A DNA stretch of 64,000 nucleotides from Squalus acanthias (Eukaryota). A model generated the notes under the pieces. The model did no database searches. It was given only the letters and a program-made list of their open reading frames with translations, and was not told the DNA's origin. The stretch lies in contig JASTWF010000200.1 in assembly GCA_030390025.1 (NCBI GenBank), positions 496,001 through 560,000 of the forward strand. The letters run 5' to 3'. Positions 1 to 13,890 of this stretch are shown piece after piece. The translations under genes were made by a program, and so were the position numbers. Every line of letters starts with the position of its first letter. Position 1 is the first letter of the stretch.

Positions 1-655
1 TCATTCAGTGTGTGAATGGACTGAATTGAACGGCTCTGTGGAGAGCGGTTAAAGGGGTTAAGGCCATTTTACTCTGCGACCACAATGTGCAAAACCCACA
101 ATTCACTGTGGCAATGACTTACAATGAATACATGGCGGTCAATAAAGTCACAGTTCATGCTCCTTTTATCCGCGCTGTTCAGAATGATCTGACCGCACCA
201 GTCTCACAGAGGAGCAAGTATTTAGGTGGGAAAGTGGGAAATGATGTACCCGTTGATCTGCAATGTTCCCGATGTGGATGAAGTAATTCGGGTGAGCATA
301 TGTTGAGTTCTTTGTTGTACATGAAAGGACCACATGTCCCAAATATTACACTTGTCTCTTCTCACCCCAGTCACGTGCTCGCTTTATATCTTTGAGATGA
401 AGATTCCCCATCACCAGAGAAGGCGCATCAGTACCGCATGGATAACTTCAGGCTTCTCCAGGTGAAATTCATCTCTCTGGTTATGGATACCATAGGGATT
501 GAAATGATGCAGAAAATCAGGAAGGGCTGAAGGCACCAAACTGATACAAATGTAAACGGTCTGCTTCATGTCAGATAGCAGACCATCAAAAATACGTGAA
601 TGTTGGACATCATTCATAGCCACCAATCCCATCCATCCTTCCATCCTTCCATCCA

Positions 656-3600
656 TACATAGATAGATACATAGAAGATAGGAGCAGGAGTAGGCCATCC
701 GGCCCTTCGAGCCTGCTCCTCCATTTAATGAGATCATGGCTGATCCTCCAATTCAGTATCCCGTCCCCGCCTTCTCTCCGTAACCCTTAACCCCTTTTGC
801 CTGTAGAAATATATCTAATTCCCTCTTAAATATATTTAATGAGCTGGCGTACACTGCCCTCTGTGGCAATGAGTTCCACAGGTTCACCATCCTCTGAGTG
901 AAGAAATTCCCCCTCATTTCTGTCCTAAATGGTTTAGCCCTTATCCTTAAATTATGTCCTCTAGTTCTGTTCTCACCCGCCAAGGGAAACATTCCTTCTG
1001 CATCTAGTCTGTCTAGACCTGTCAGAATTTTATACACTTCTATGAGGTCCCCTCTCAATCTTCTAAACTCCAGTGTGTACATCCCTAAACTACATAGTCT
1101 CTCCTCATAGGTCAATCCCGCCATTCCTGGTATCAGCCTGGTGAATCGCCGCTGCACCCCCTCCATGGCAAGAACATCTTTCCTCAGATGAGGCGACCAA
1201 AACTGTACACAGTACTCGAGGTGTGGTCTCACCAGTGCCCTGTACAGCTGCAGCAAGGTATCCCTGTTCCTGTATTCCAACCCTTTTGCTATGAAGGCCA
1301 GCATACCGTTTGCCTTCTTGACCGCCTGTTGCACCTGCATGCTCGCCTTCAGTGACTGGTGTACAAGAACACCCAGGTCTCTCTGTACTTCCCCCTCTCC
1401 CAATTTATTGCCATTTAAATAATAATTTGCCCTCCCGTTCCTGCACCCAAGGTGGATAACTTCGCACTTGTCCACATTATAGTGCATCTGCCATTTATCC
1501 GCCCAATCACCCAGTCTGTCCAAATCGCTCTGGAGCTTCCTGGTCTCCTCCTCTGAGCCCACCCCCCCCTCCTAGTTTAGTGTCGTCTGCAAATTTGGAA
1601 ATGCTGCATCCGACTCCCTGATCCAGGTCATTAATGTAAATTGTGAACAGCTGGGGACCCAGGACAGATCCCTGTGGTACCCCACTTGTTACTGCCTGCC
1701 ATTCAGAAAATGAGCCGTTTATTCCAACTCTCTGTTTTCTATCTGACAGCCAGTTCTCTATCCACGTCAATACTTTCCCCTTTATCCCATGAGCTTCAAT
1801 TTTCCCTGCTAATCTTTTATGTGGGACCTTATCGAAGGCCTTTTGGAAGTCCAGGTACACCACATCTACTGGCTCTCCCCCATCTATTTTACCATCTACT
1901 CCCTCAAAAAATTCCAATAGATTAGTCAAGCACGATTTACCCTTTGTAAATCCATGTTGACTCTGTCCTATCCTGTCCCCATTTGCTAAGTGCTCCGCTA
2001 TTTCATCCTTAATGATGGACTCCAGCATTTTGCCCACAACTGATGTAAGGCTTACAGGTCTGTAATTACCTGCTTTTTCCCTACCCCCCTTTTTGAATAG
2101 TGGGGTAACGTTAGCTACCCTCCAATCCATGGGCACTGTTCCCGAGTCTAATGAATTCTGAAAAATCATACTTAGTGCATCCGCTATCTCTAGGGCCACC
2201 TCCTTCAGCACCCTAGGATGCATGTTATCAGGCCCTGGGGATTTGTCCGCCTTCAATCCCTTTAGCTTCCTTAACACCATATCCTTAGAGATATTGACTT
2301 GCGTCAGTTCCTCCTTTGCAAATGTCCCTATTTTTCCCGATATCCCAGGGAGGTTTTTTGTGTCTTCCTTCGTAAAGACTGACCCAAAGTATGCATTTAG
2401 TTGGTCTGCCATTTCTTTATTTCCCGTTATATATTCCCCCGTATCTGACTGCAATGGGCCAACTTTGGTTTTCACCAGTCTTTTCCTCTTGATATACTTA
2501 TAAAAGCTTTTGGAGTTAGTTTTTATATTTTCCGCCAGCTTGCTTTCGTAAGCTATTTTGCCCCTCTTGATTAAGCCCTTTGTCCTCCTTTGCTCTATCT
2601 TAAACTGTTCCCAATCTTCCGCTCTGGCGCTTTTTTTGGCTATTTTATACGCCCTATCTTTGGATTTTATGCTGTCTCTAATTTCCCCTGTTATCCACGG
2701 TTGAGTCACCTTTTTAGATTTCCTTTTATGCCAGATTGGTATAAACAATTTTTGCAATTTTGTCATTCTATCTTTAAATGCTTGCCATTGTTTATCTACC
2801 TCCAGTCCTCCCAGGAACGTTGTCCAATCAGACCTACTCAGTTCCCGTCTAATGGCATCATAATTCCCCTTGTTTAAATTCAGGACCTTAGTATCTGAGT
2901 CAATTTCTTCGCTCTCCATTTCGAGTGAGAAATCGATCATGTTATGATCGCTCTGACCCAAGGGTCCCCGTACAACAAGATTACTAATTAGTCCCTTCTC
3001 ATTGCACAGTACCCAGTCCAATATAGCCTGTTCCCGAGTTGGTTCCTCGACATATTGATCCAGATAACCATCCCTTAAACACTCAAGGAATTCCTCCTCC
3101 TCATTATTTTTACTGATTAGGCTATTCCAATCTATATGTAAGTTAAAGTCACCTATGATGACAGCTGTGCTCTTATTGCACGCTTCTCTAATTTCCCTCG
3201 TGATGCCCTCCCCAACCTCTATTTTACTATTTGGAGGCCTATATACCACTCCTATTAATGTTTTTCGCCCCTCGCTATTTCTTAGCTCCACCCATATAGA
3301 TTCTGTATTAACTGAGTTAATATCCTTCCTTTCAATTGCATTTATCCCTTCTTTTACCAGCAATGCTACCCCTCCTCCCTTTCTTTTTTGTCGATCCTTC
3401 CTAAATACTGAATACCCCTGTATGTTAAGCTCCCAGCCCTGCTCACCCTGCAACCATGTTTCCGTAATCCCAATTAGATCATAATTATTAACCTCTATTT
3501 CCACAGCTAATTCATCTACCTTGTTCCTGATGCTTCTCGCATTAAGGTATAAAACCCTCAGGCTTTTTTTATGCTCACATTTTTTATGAATTGGTTTGGC

Positions 3601-3709
3601 CCTTTGTTTTTTGTTCCTCACCCTTTTACCATTTATTTCTGTCTGCCTTTCACTTTCCTCTATTTCACTACATAGGTTTCTAGCCCCCTGCCATACTAGT
3701 TTAAATGCT
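656..3709 (-). mobile_element. Young CR1-clade LINE, copy A (ORF2 endonuclease-RT plus 3' UTR and microsatellite tail); 5' part lost in the gap
   Basis: ORFs 1507-3621 and 753-1562 encode an APE endonuclease (YLNARS, ITETW, GDFN, SDH) and RT ([34 protein letters not shown]). They are joined by a +1 frameshift in a G8 run at 1562-1569. A hairpin 3' UTR and (TCTATGTA)-type tail lie at about 656-750. Confidence 0.95.
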
Positions 3710-4242
3710 NNNNNNNNNNNNNNNNNNNNNNNNNNNNNNNNNNNNNNNNNNNNNNNNNNNNNNNNNNNNNNNNNNNNNNNNNNNNNNNNNNNNNNNNNNN
3801 NNNNNNNNNNNNNNNNNNNNNNNNNNNNNNNNNNNNNNNNNNNNNNNNNNNNNNNNNNNNNNNNNNNNNNNNNNNNNNNNNNNNNNNNNNNNNNNNNNNN
3901 NNNNNNNNNNNNNNNNNNNNNNNNNNNNNNNNNNNNNNNNNNNNNNNNNNNNNNNNNNNNNNNNNNNNNNNNNNNNNNNNNNNNNNNNNNNNNNNNNNNN
4001 NNNNNNNNNNNNNNNNNNNNNNNNNNNNNNNNNNNNNNNNNNNNNNNNNNNNNNNNNNNNNNNNNNNNNNNNNNNNNNNNNNNNNNNNNNNNNNNNNNNN
4101 NNNNNNNNNNNNNNNNNNNNNNNNNNNNNNNNNNNNNNNNNNNNNNNNNNNNNNNNNNNNNNNNNNNNNNNNNNNNNNNNNNNNNNNNNNNNNNNNNNNN
4201 NNNNNNNNNNNNNNNNNNNNNNNNNNNNNNNNNNNNNNNNNN
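3710..4242. other. Assembly gap (N run)
   Basis: Run of N. Confidence 1.
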
Positions 4243-5089
4243 TTTGCTTGCTCAGATCCTCCAGCTGACTGTTGCTACCAGCAGGGTATCTGAGACGCTG
4301 GATATTTGCCTTTCCTGAGAGATGGGAAGAGTTTCACACAGTTGCAGAACTGAAAAAAAATAAAATTAACTCCAGTACTGTTGCTGGGTAGATTTGTATA
4401 TAAACGGGCCTCATTGACAGTGTAAAGGGTTTGAAGTTGGCTTTCAGCCAAGCGGTCAGTAGTGAGGAAACAGATCTTTGATTTACTGCACAGAAACTCC
4501 AGATGCTTCCTGTAAATGACACTGGGTGTTCGAGACTCGCTAACGGCAATCGGTTGGGTTGCTGCCAAATACTGTGTGGGGCAGATTAGCGTGAATATAA
4601 ATGGGAGCAAGAGGAGTTTTAACTATTTCAAAATTAAATTATTTAGTCGCGCTCTAACAAGAAAGATACATTTCACATGGCACAACATCTAACGAATGAT
4701 AATCGGTAAATTCCACGCTCACATTATTATAAAATAAGATCAGAAAATAATACATTGATCCACATGCCCTGTAATTAAATGATTGCCAAATAAAGGTAAT
4801 TCTAGATAATTCAGCCCATTTATTCAGCACTGCATGAAGTGCTGGAGAGAGATTTTAATGACCCCATACACACACGGTAATGAGATGAGTGGGAATCGCC
4901 AAGTAAATAAAACAGAGGTGGAATTGCCTTGAACCCGCTACACTTCCTTGAATATTCTCACAGAGTTCTGCGCCTGATTTAAACTAAAGGCTGCTTACTG
5001 ATCAGCAGCCGCGCACTGTGCAGTTTCGTTTGTGCTGATTTGGATTCCTGAACAAGCCCTCTCACAGCCCGGCTACCAATGGGTAGAGA

Positions 5090-8000
5090 AATGCTCAGCC
5101 TCACAGCATCTACCCTGTCAAACCCTCTCAGAATCTTCTGCATTTCAAGGCGATCACCTCTAATTCTTCTAAACTCCAGGGAGTATCGGCCGATTCTACT
5201 CAATCTCTCCTCATAAAACAACCCTCCCATCCCATAAATCAATCTTATGAACCTACTTTGCACCGCCTCTAAGGCAAGTATATCCTTTCTGCGGTGCAGT
5301 GACCAAAACTGCACCTGTACTCCAGGGCCGATAAATTCGTTTCGGGCGGTGTCACAAAATGAGCGGTAACGGATCGGCCGTCTGATATTCAGGGCATCAT
5401 ATAACGGGAGGGCGCCGTTTAGCGTTACCGCCCAAAACGAATTTCTAGGCCCAGGAGTACTGGGAGCATTTTTAGGCCTTTGTGTCCTCACAGCTTACTT
5501 TCGCACCTTTAGCTTTGTATCGTTAGCAAACGTGTATATATTGCACTCGGTTCCTTCATCTAAGTCATTAATATCGATTGTAAATAGCTGAGGCCTCAGC
5601 ACTGATCCTTGTGGTACCCCACTATTAACAGCCTGCCAACCTGAAAATGAACCGTTTATTACTACTCTCTGTTTTCTCTCCTTTAATCAGTCTTCTATCC
5701 GTGCTAATACATTGCCCACAACTCCAAGAGTCCTTATCTTGTGCAACAACCTTTCGTGTGGCACCTTATCGGATGCCTTTTGGAAATAGAAATATACTAA
5801 ATTCACTGGGTCCCTTTTATCGACACTGTTAGTTACATCCTCAAAAAACGCTCATAGATTTGTCAAACACGATTTCACTTTCATAAAAGCATGTTGACTC
5901 TGCCTAATCATATTATGATTTTCTAAGTGTCCTGATACCACTTCCTTAATAATGGATTGCAGCATTTTCTCGACGACCGATGTCAGGCTATGTGGCCTGT
6001 AGTTCTCCATATTCACTCTCCCTCCTTTTTTGAATAGCGGTGTTACATTTGAGCGACTGCCCGAGCCGAATTTCTAGGCCAAAACATTTGTTTAACGTCG
6101 CTGCCGTTTCCATCTTCACCATTATAATTTCTACTGTCTCAGCCTTCACGTTTACTTTCGCTACTCTCTTTCTTTTTACATACTTGTTGAAGCTCTTACA
6201 ATTTGTTTCCATATTATTTGCTAGTTTATTCTCATATTCGATTTCCTTCCTCTTTATCAATTTTTGGTCAACCTTTGAAGGTTTATAAAGCTCTCCCAAG
6301 CCTCAGGCCTACTACTGTTCTGAGCAATATTATCAGCCTCTACTTTTAATTCACGAATATCCTTAACCTATTTAGTTAGCCACGGATGGATCATTTTTCC
6401 CGTGGCGTTTTTATTTCTCAATGGAATTTGTATTCGTTGTGAGTTATGAAATATTTCTTCAAATGTTTACCAATGGTCATCTACCGTCATAACTTGTAAT
6501 CTAATTTTCCACTCTACTTTAGCCAACATGCTCCTCATAACTATGTAATTGGCATTATTTAAGTTTAAGTTTCCAGTTTCTCATTGAATTACGTCACACT
6601 CAAACTCAATGTGAAACGCTACATATTATGATCGCTCTTTCCCAGAGGATCCCTTCCTATGAGAATACTGATTACCCCTCTCTCATGACACAAGACAAGA
6701 TCTGAAATAACCTCTTCCCTGGTTGGTTCGACGATGTATTGTCCTAGGCAAAAGTCTCGAATGGATTCCATCCTTGGGGGCCTATAAACTACTCCGACCA
6801 ATGTTTTCTGCCTCTTGTTATTTCTGATCACCATCTATTCTGGTTCTAATTCCGGATCTTCCGAGCCAAGAGCCTTCTTCACTAGAGTCCTTATGTCATC
6901 CTTTATTATCAGTGCTACCCGCACTCCTGTTCCATTCTGCCTATTTATTCGCTGGAATATTTAGATCCCTCCTTGGTCACCTTGTAACCACATCTATGTA
7001 ATGGCTTTTAGATCAAACACATTTATCTCTATTTGTGCCATGGCTGCCTCTATCTTGTTGCGAATGCTTCATGCATTCAGATAAAGAGCCTTAATTTTAA
7101 CTTTTTACCATTTTCCCTGATTTGACCTTATTACCGTGCACCTTCTGTCCCTTCCCGTCTCCCTCTGCCTATCATTACCCAAATCGTTTGATTACTCTAT
7201 GGCCTTGAATACTTCTTGAGATTCATACATTTCCCCTCACATGAACCCTCATCCCCTCTTTAGATTAAAGCGCTTTTTAAAGCCCTAGTTATTTGATTCA
7301 CCAGGACAATGATCCCAGCCCGGTTTACGTGGAGCCCCATCCAACAGAACAGCTCCCTCTTTCCCAGTAATGGTGCTAGTGCCCCATGAATCGAAACGCC
7401 TGACTTGCACAGCACTCTTTGAGCCACGCATTCAAATTTCTGATATGATTGACTCTGTGCCAATTTGCGAGTGGCTCAGGTATTAATCCAGAGATTATTA
7501 CCTTTGAGGTTCTGCTGATTGATTTGGACCCCAGCTCCTCAAACTCGCTCACCAGAACTTCATTCCTAGTTCTACCTATGTCGTTGGTTCCTCCGTGAGC
7601 CACGACAACTGGATCCTCCACCTCATACTCAAAGTTATTTTCTAGCCGCGAGGGGATATCCTTAAACTTGGCACCAGGCCGGCAACACAGCCTTCGGCAC
7701 AGTGAGGTATTTATCCCTCTGACAATATTAACACCGAACACTACCTTTATGTTCCCCCACTTGAATGGTTTCCTGTACCACGGTGCAGTAATCAAATTGT
7801 CCATTCCATCTGCATTCTTTGTTCTCAGCCATACAGGTAGGAAGTGCCTCTTATCTGTTGGACAAGGTCCAAGGCTGAGGCACCTACATTACTACATCCA
7901 GTGTAACCACGCCTGCCTGGTCTCGCAGTCACATCCTCCTGTTCCTGACCACTGGACAAACCTAAACAACTACCTAACCTAAGCGGTGTCACTGACTCAT

Positions 8001-8520
8001 GGATCACAATCTCGAGCCTACTCTCCCCCTCGCTGATGCATTGTAATGTCTGCAGCTCGGACTACAGTTCAACAACTCTGAGCCAAAGTTCCCCGAGTTG
8101 CAGACACTTACTGCAGATGAGGTTTCCAGGGATCTCATTGGTCTCCTCCAATCCCATAGGCTGTAGTTGCGACACATCACCTGCACTGCCATCCCAATCT
8201 AACGTTGTTTTATACATTTAATCAGTTAAGCTTTTTATTCACTCAAAGTTTTTAATTGTATTAACTAATTCGTTAATCTAGTGTAATTTATTGATTTAAT
8301 AAAGTTATAGTTATACTTTCCCAGCTCTTAGTTTAAACTCACTTCGCTAGATAAAGAAGGAAAAAACCGATAATACTCACCATCCAAACACCGAGCTGCT
8401 CTCCTGTGAAGTCTCTCCTTTTCTCCCCGCCGCTCTCGGTCGCTGGCCCCGCTCTCGCTGTGTTGACATTTGACATTTGAGACTTTTAATGCCTCGCTCC
8501 CCGGCTGCAGATTGGTCCCA
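5090..8520 (-). mobile_element. Old degenerate CR1 LINE including ORF1 (SGNH esterase-like) and ORF2 fragments
   Basis: Broken ORFs: 7376-7804 (CCRPGAK..DI, VAHGGTNDIG, ISGLIPEP; ORF1 esterase), 6619-6834 (GVVYRPP, LGKSDHNM), 5988-6299, 4979-5491 (RT C-terminus). Many stops and indels; ends approximate. Confidence 0.85.
5325..5451. mobile_element. Short MITE with about 25-bp imperfect terminal inverted repeats, inserted in the old CR1
   Basis: GGGCCGATAAATTCGTTTCGGGCGGT ... ACCGCCCAAAACGAATTTCTAGGCCC; interrupts CR1-like sequence. Confidence 0.6.
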
Positions 8521-8886
8521 GGCTATTTCCCTTGAGGTTTCCCTGGGGGTGCTGGGGACGGAGCGGCCCGTCCGCCCGTGGACTGTAAATTGACAGAGCG
8601 ACATTCCCCGCGCCGCCCCCTTTCGGTAAACACATGAAACTCGAGCCTGGCGGTCGGGAGCATCATAAACCCTCCCCATACCGCACCAGAGGACTTAGCG
8701 AGGCTAAAAACCAGCAGGAATCCCGCGGGACTGATCTCCGCGAACCACCCACCTCTACCGTTCCTGTTAGTCGCTAAATCCGGGCGGTGAAAGATGAAAA
8801 CCGGCCTCACTGTGTGTGTCTCACAGAGATGAGGGGATTGGGCAGAACACCAGACCAACACGTTGTGATGGTGCAAAGACTCCTCT

Positions 8887-9785
8887 TCATTTAATGAATT
8901 TAACAATTACATTAAAGGGATATTTCACCACATTCTTCAACTCCTCTCTGTATTTAGTCTGGGTCACGGTATAAATACACGTGTTGGTGCAGCAACTCAG
9001 GAGCTGAAGCATAAATCCCAGTTCCTGTACATATTGAGGTAGATATACAGGAATAAAGTTTAACACATACAATCGGTAACCCACATAATACAACAGAAAC
9101 ACGGCCCATAACAGGATAAAATTCGCGGATATAACAAACAGTAAAATGATGGATTTCCTTCGCTTCTCCATCTCTGGGTCACTGGAACTCTCCCCACTGC
9201 TGTGGGCCCGGAGTCTCCGGCGGACTCGGCTCGACACTAAAACGTGTCTGACGGTTAAAGCATTGAGCAGCAGAATCAAAACAAATGGAATAAATGGGGT
9301 TAAAATATAATGAAGGAACTCAATTACTGCCCACACGAGTGAATAGTTGACATCCACTGATACGTAACAAAACCAGGGAATATTGGAACGGTGATATTTA
9401 CCTTCATACATAAAGTACCAGAAAGTGTTCTTTACACAGAACAGCACAGTCACTGTTCCTAGAACCACAGCCGCCGTTTTCTCGGTGCAATATTTCATTT
9501 TCAGTTTCTTGCAACAAATGACCACAAATCGATCGAAGGTGAAAGTGACTGTGAACCAGACAGAACAGTCTGTGACTGCATAAAGCAGGATGGCGTGGAT
9601 ATTACACACTTCAATCTTCCACTGGAACTGAAACTGATCCCGATAACGAATAGGAATCTGCCTGGATATGAGATCAGTGATAACGACCAGTAGATCCGCC
9701 GCTGCCATGGACACCAGGTAACGGGTGACACATTTGGAGAGACCGCACCTTCTCCGAGACAGGATCACAATCGTCACCAAGTTCA
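8887..9785 (-). CDS. GPR139/GPR142-like class A GPCR, exon 2 (TM1 end to TM7 and C-terminus)
   Basis: Open frame to TGA at 8887. Motifs NLVTIVIL, YLVSMAAADLL, VCN (TM3 Cys), FTFDRFVVIC, PWFC, PFVLILLLNA, FILLW, CCTNTCIY. Acceptor TTGCTTACAG ends at 9786 (phase 1). Confidence 0.9.
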
Positions 9786-10484
9786 CTGTAAGCAATCAAA
9801 AAACAGGGAACTTATTCTTCAGACTGAGAGCAACAGCAGCAATGATTGAATTCTGGGTGAAATGTGCAGCATTGTTATTGAATCCAGGGACAGAATCTAA
9901 TTACTTTACCAGTGACAGTACTTTCTGCTGGAGAGAGGGTTTATAGTGAAACACCGCCCTGGTGTAGCAGGAAACCAGATCCAAATCCCCGCCTGCACGG
10001 GGCTGGCAGTTGGAGTCTACAATGGCCTCAATGACCTTGTGTTAGGAGCGACAATGACCCACGGTTTCTAATCCTCATCAATCTCCTGTGACCCTGCTGG
10101 AAACTGCACATGTAAACATTTTGGATAACCATATTTAGGCTGGGTTGTGTATTCATCCGAAGGGAAATGGCTCAATATTTTAAACTTTCACCTCGGTGGA
10201 ATATCAGTGGCCGGTTTATGAAAGAAACAACAAAAGACTTACTTCCCAAAGCCTTTTGTATCTCATGAATGGCTTTCAAAGAGTGGCACTTACAGAAGGA
10301 AACCCTTCCACTGTATCCCAGTAACAGGCAACATCTCTATTAGAGGCTAGGAAAATTCAATAATGAATTTTAATAAACCATGAAAAAAGACAGTGAATTC
10401 GAGCGGGATACTGGGAGATAGCCAGGAGCAGTGGAGTGTGCGCAGCGCCCCCAGTGGCAGTCTGGAAAGCACTGGGGCAATAAA

Positions 10485-11105
10485 CTCGTGGATGGGACGA
10501 GTGGGTGTTGGGTCAGGGACTGAATGAACCCGTGGATGGGACGTGTGGGTGTTGGGTCAGGACTGAATGAACCCGTGGATGGGACGTGTGGGTGTTGGGT
10601 CAGGACTGAATGAACCAGTGGATGGGACGTGTAGGTGGTGGGTCAGGACTGAATGATCCAGTGGATGGGACGTGTGGGTTTTGTGTCAGGACTGAATGAC
10701 CCAGTGGATGGGACGTGTGGGTGTTGGGTCAGGACTGAATGAACCAGTGGATGGGACGTGTGAGTGTAGGGTCAGGACTGAATGACCCAGTGGATGGGAC
10801 GTGTAGGTGGTGGGTCAGGACTGAATGATCCAGTGGATGGCCATGTGGATGTTCGATCAGGACTGAATTACCCACTGGATGGGACGTGTGGGTGTTGGGT
10901 CAGGACTGAATGAACCAGTGGATGGGACGTGTGGGTGTCGGGTCAGGACTGAATGAACCAGTGGATGGGACGTGTGGGTGTTTAGGTCAGGACTAAATGA
11001 CCCAGTGAATGGGACGTGTGGGTGTTTAGGTCAGGACTGAATGAACCAGTGAATGGACCGTGTGGGTGTTGGGTCAGGACTGAATGAATCAGAGGATGGG
11101 ATTTG
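10485..11105. repeat. 43-bp minisatellite (GTGGATGGGACGTGTGGGTGTTGGGTCAGGACTGAATGAACCA), about 14 copies, in the GPCR intron
   Basis: Tandem unit visible directly. Confidence 0.95.
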
Positions 11106-11289
11106 TGGCGCTGAATCAGACTCGGATGTGACGCCCGCTCAGTGAGTCAGAGGACACTGGTGGAACCATAAACCACGACAGCAATAAAATATTCAACTGT
11201 GGAGAAGTGGCAATATTTTAAATAAACTGATACTGCAAAGAATTTATAACACATATTGATTCCTGCAGTAATTACACAGCAATTTACGT

Positions 11290-11725
11290 TATAGAGCGGC
11301 TTTAATTTGGGGAAAAACACAAAAACGGGAATGGGACGCTAAGCCAAAGATGGAGAGATTAGGAGGAGTGACCAAAAACCTGGGTTTTAAAGAGGTCCTT
11401 CCATGAGGGGACGCAGGTGGAGAGGATGAAGGATTTAGGGAATAAATTCCAGAACGTGAGATCTCGGCGGCTGAATTGATGGCCGCCGCTAGTGGAGCGA
11501 TTGGAAAGGAGGGTGGACAAGAGGCTGGAGACAGGGGCAGACCGTTCGAGAGGAGATAAGGTTGAATAGAGTTACAGGAATGGAGAGTTCGCGGGGGGCG
11601 CGTGTGCTGTAGGGCTTGATGAAGTTGCAGAGAGAAGGATCGGCAAGATCCATGAAGGCATTTAAGCAGAAGAATGAGGAGATTTAATTTGAGGATTTGG
11701 GGCACCAGGAGCCAATGCACCGCGG
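11290..11725 (-). mobile_element. L2-clade LINE 3' fragment
   Basis: Translation VHWLLVPQILKLNLLILLLKCLHG...PPRTLHS resembles the L2 ORF2 C-terminal LHWLPV..RI.FK...LHG...RTLRS motif. Confidence 0.65.
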
Positions 11726-12254
11726 TTGGCGGTGAGGGGGGGGGGGGCACTTGGTGTAGTGATGGGGCACAGTTATATACTGCCGGGTGGGAATCCCCTG
11801 GGAATCCTCAGCACCGGCTCTGGAGCTCATGACGTCTCAAGGCTTCAGGTCAAACAAGGTCAAGGAAACCTGCTGCCGATCACTACCTACTGTCCCCTCA
11901 ACTGTGGAACTTCACTCGGAAGAATATCACAGGGAAGCAAGTTCTCAGAATGCACTCTGGTTGCGGATTTCCATGTCCAACACCAAGAGTGACCCGGGGG
12001 TACCACCCCTGACCGAGCTGGGGGAGTCCTGAAGGAAACAGCTGCGAGACTGGGGCTGTGTCACATGGTGAACGAAGCATCACAAGGGAGTAATCTACTT
12101 GATGTTATCTTCACCAAACTGCAAGTCGCAGAAACGACTGTCCACTATAGAATTATTAGAAATAATGGACGCACAGTTCTTGTGAACACAACATCTCATC
12201 TCCACCGTGTGGACCTCCTCCATCAGGTAGTGCAGCGGAACATCCAGGGTCAGA

Positions 12255-12700
12255 GGAACAGATCAGCAGCCCCCACAATGAGCTTACACCGGGGTCAGTG
12301 GGACACATCAGCAGCCCCCACAATGAGCCTACACAGGGGTCCGTGGAACAGATCAGCAGCCCCCACAATGAGCCTGGACCGGGGTCAGAGGGACGGATCA
12401 ATGACCCCAAAATGGGACTCCACCGGGATCAGAGGGACGGATCAGTGACCCCCAGAATGGGACTCCACTGGGGTCAGTGAGACGGATCAGTGACCCACAG
12501 AATTGGACTCCACCGGGAGCAGAGGGACGGATCAGTGACCCACAGAATTGGACTCCACCGGGGTCAGAGGGACGGATCAGTGACCCCCAGAATTGGACTC
12601 CACCGGGATCAGAGGGACGGATCAGTGACCCCCAGAATGGGACTCCACCGGGGTCAGTGGAACGGATCAGTGACCTTAAAACTGGGTCTCCACTGGGCGC
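12255..12700. repeat. Minisatellite, mostly a 45-bp unit (GGGACTCCACCGGGATCAGAGGGACGGATCAGTGACCCCCAGAAT)
   Basis: Tandem unit seen; gives 15-aa periodic ORFs. Confidence 0.9.
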
Positions 12701-12799
12701 TGTGGATCACAAGCAGCAGATTCGTAAACCACCATAATCTGTAACCTAATGGCCTGACACATCCCACACTCCATTATCACCATCATGCCATGAAATCAA

Positions 12800-12905
12800 A
12801 AATAATAACAGAAAATACTGGAACCCCTCAGCAGGTCAGGCAGCATCTGTGGAGAGAGAAATATGGCTTTAAAGTTTTAGGTCGATGAAGTTTCATCAGA
12901 ATTGA
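12800..12905 (-). mobile_element. Penelope-type terminal-repeat fragment (degenerate)
   Basis: Homologous to 40064-40168 and 43115-43285 (CAGCAGGTCAGGCAGCATCTGTGGAGAGAGAAA). Confidence 0.6.
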
Positions 12906-13449
12906 CCCATTAGACCAATCGTAGTTCAGTGTGGAGGGACGTGCTGGTAGCAGAACCCGGCATAGCTTAGATTCAGATACACACAGGGCTATCAGCATGT
13001 TAAAGATCAAAAGCAGCAGTTTAGCACAGAGCTATGTGCTCCCACAACCAGGGGAATCAGAGCAAAACTCTGCAGATCAATCATATCCAGCCGAGATTGG
13101 TGGTGGACAGTCAGGTAACTAACAGAAGGAGGAGGCTACATAAACATTACCATCCTCAAAAACGGGGGACACCTGCACTGGACAGGAAGCAGGAAGTTCG
13201 ATGTGACTGCCAGCATTTTCAGTCCAAGGTGCTGAATGGATCGGCCGAGTCAGTCCACCTGAGATCTCCGCCATCACAGAGAGCAGACTCCAGCAAATGC
13301 GTTTCAGTCCACGTGATGTTAAGAAGCAGCTGAATGAACTGGACACAGCGAAGGTCGTTGATCCTGACAAGATCCCGGATGTAGTGCTGAAGACCTTCAC
13401 ACAAGAGCTCGCAGCTCCCTCTCCAGGCCGTTCGAGTTATTACACTTAG

Positions 13450-13890
13450 TTACAAGAACAGGTTGGAGAAGCTGGATTTGTTTCCAATAGAGCAAAGTAG
13501 GTTAAGGGTGATTTGATAGAGGTGGACAAAATTATGACGGGTTTGGATAGGCTAGACGGGGAAAGGCTGTGCCAACTAGTTAATGGTGCAAGGACTAGGG
13601 GAGACAGATTTAAGGTTTTGCGCAAGAAATACAGGGGAGATGTGAGGAAAAACATTTTTAGCAGCGTGATGAGGACCTAGACCTCGCTGTCGACGGAAGT
13701 GGTGGAAGCGGAGACACTCAATCTTTTCAAGAGGAGACTGGATCGGCACTTGAGGGAAATAAACCTGCAGGACTATGGGGATAGAGTGGGGGAATGGGAC
13801 TGACTGGATTGGCCTACAGAGAGTCGTCACGGACTCGATGGGCCGAATGGCCTCCACCTGTGCCGTTATGACTCAATGACTATGACTGAC
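13450..13890 (+). mobile_element. 5'-truncated CR1 3' fragment
   Basis: RT C-terminal remnant, 3' hairpin (GGGCCGAATGGCCT) and (ATGACT)n tail. Confidence 0.75.

Noticed and set aside
3596-4318. ORFs spanning N runs (also 50241-51165)
   Set aside because: Artefacts of assembly gaps.
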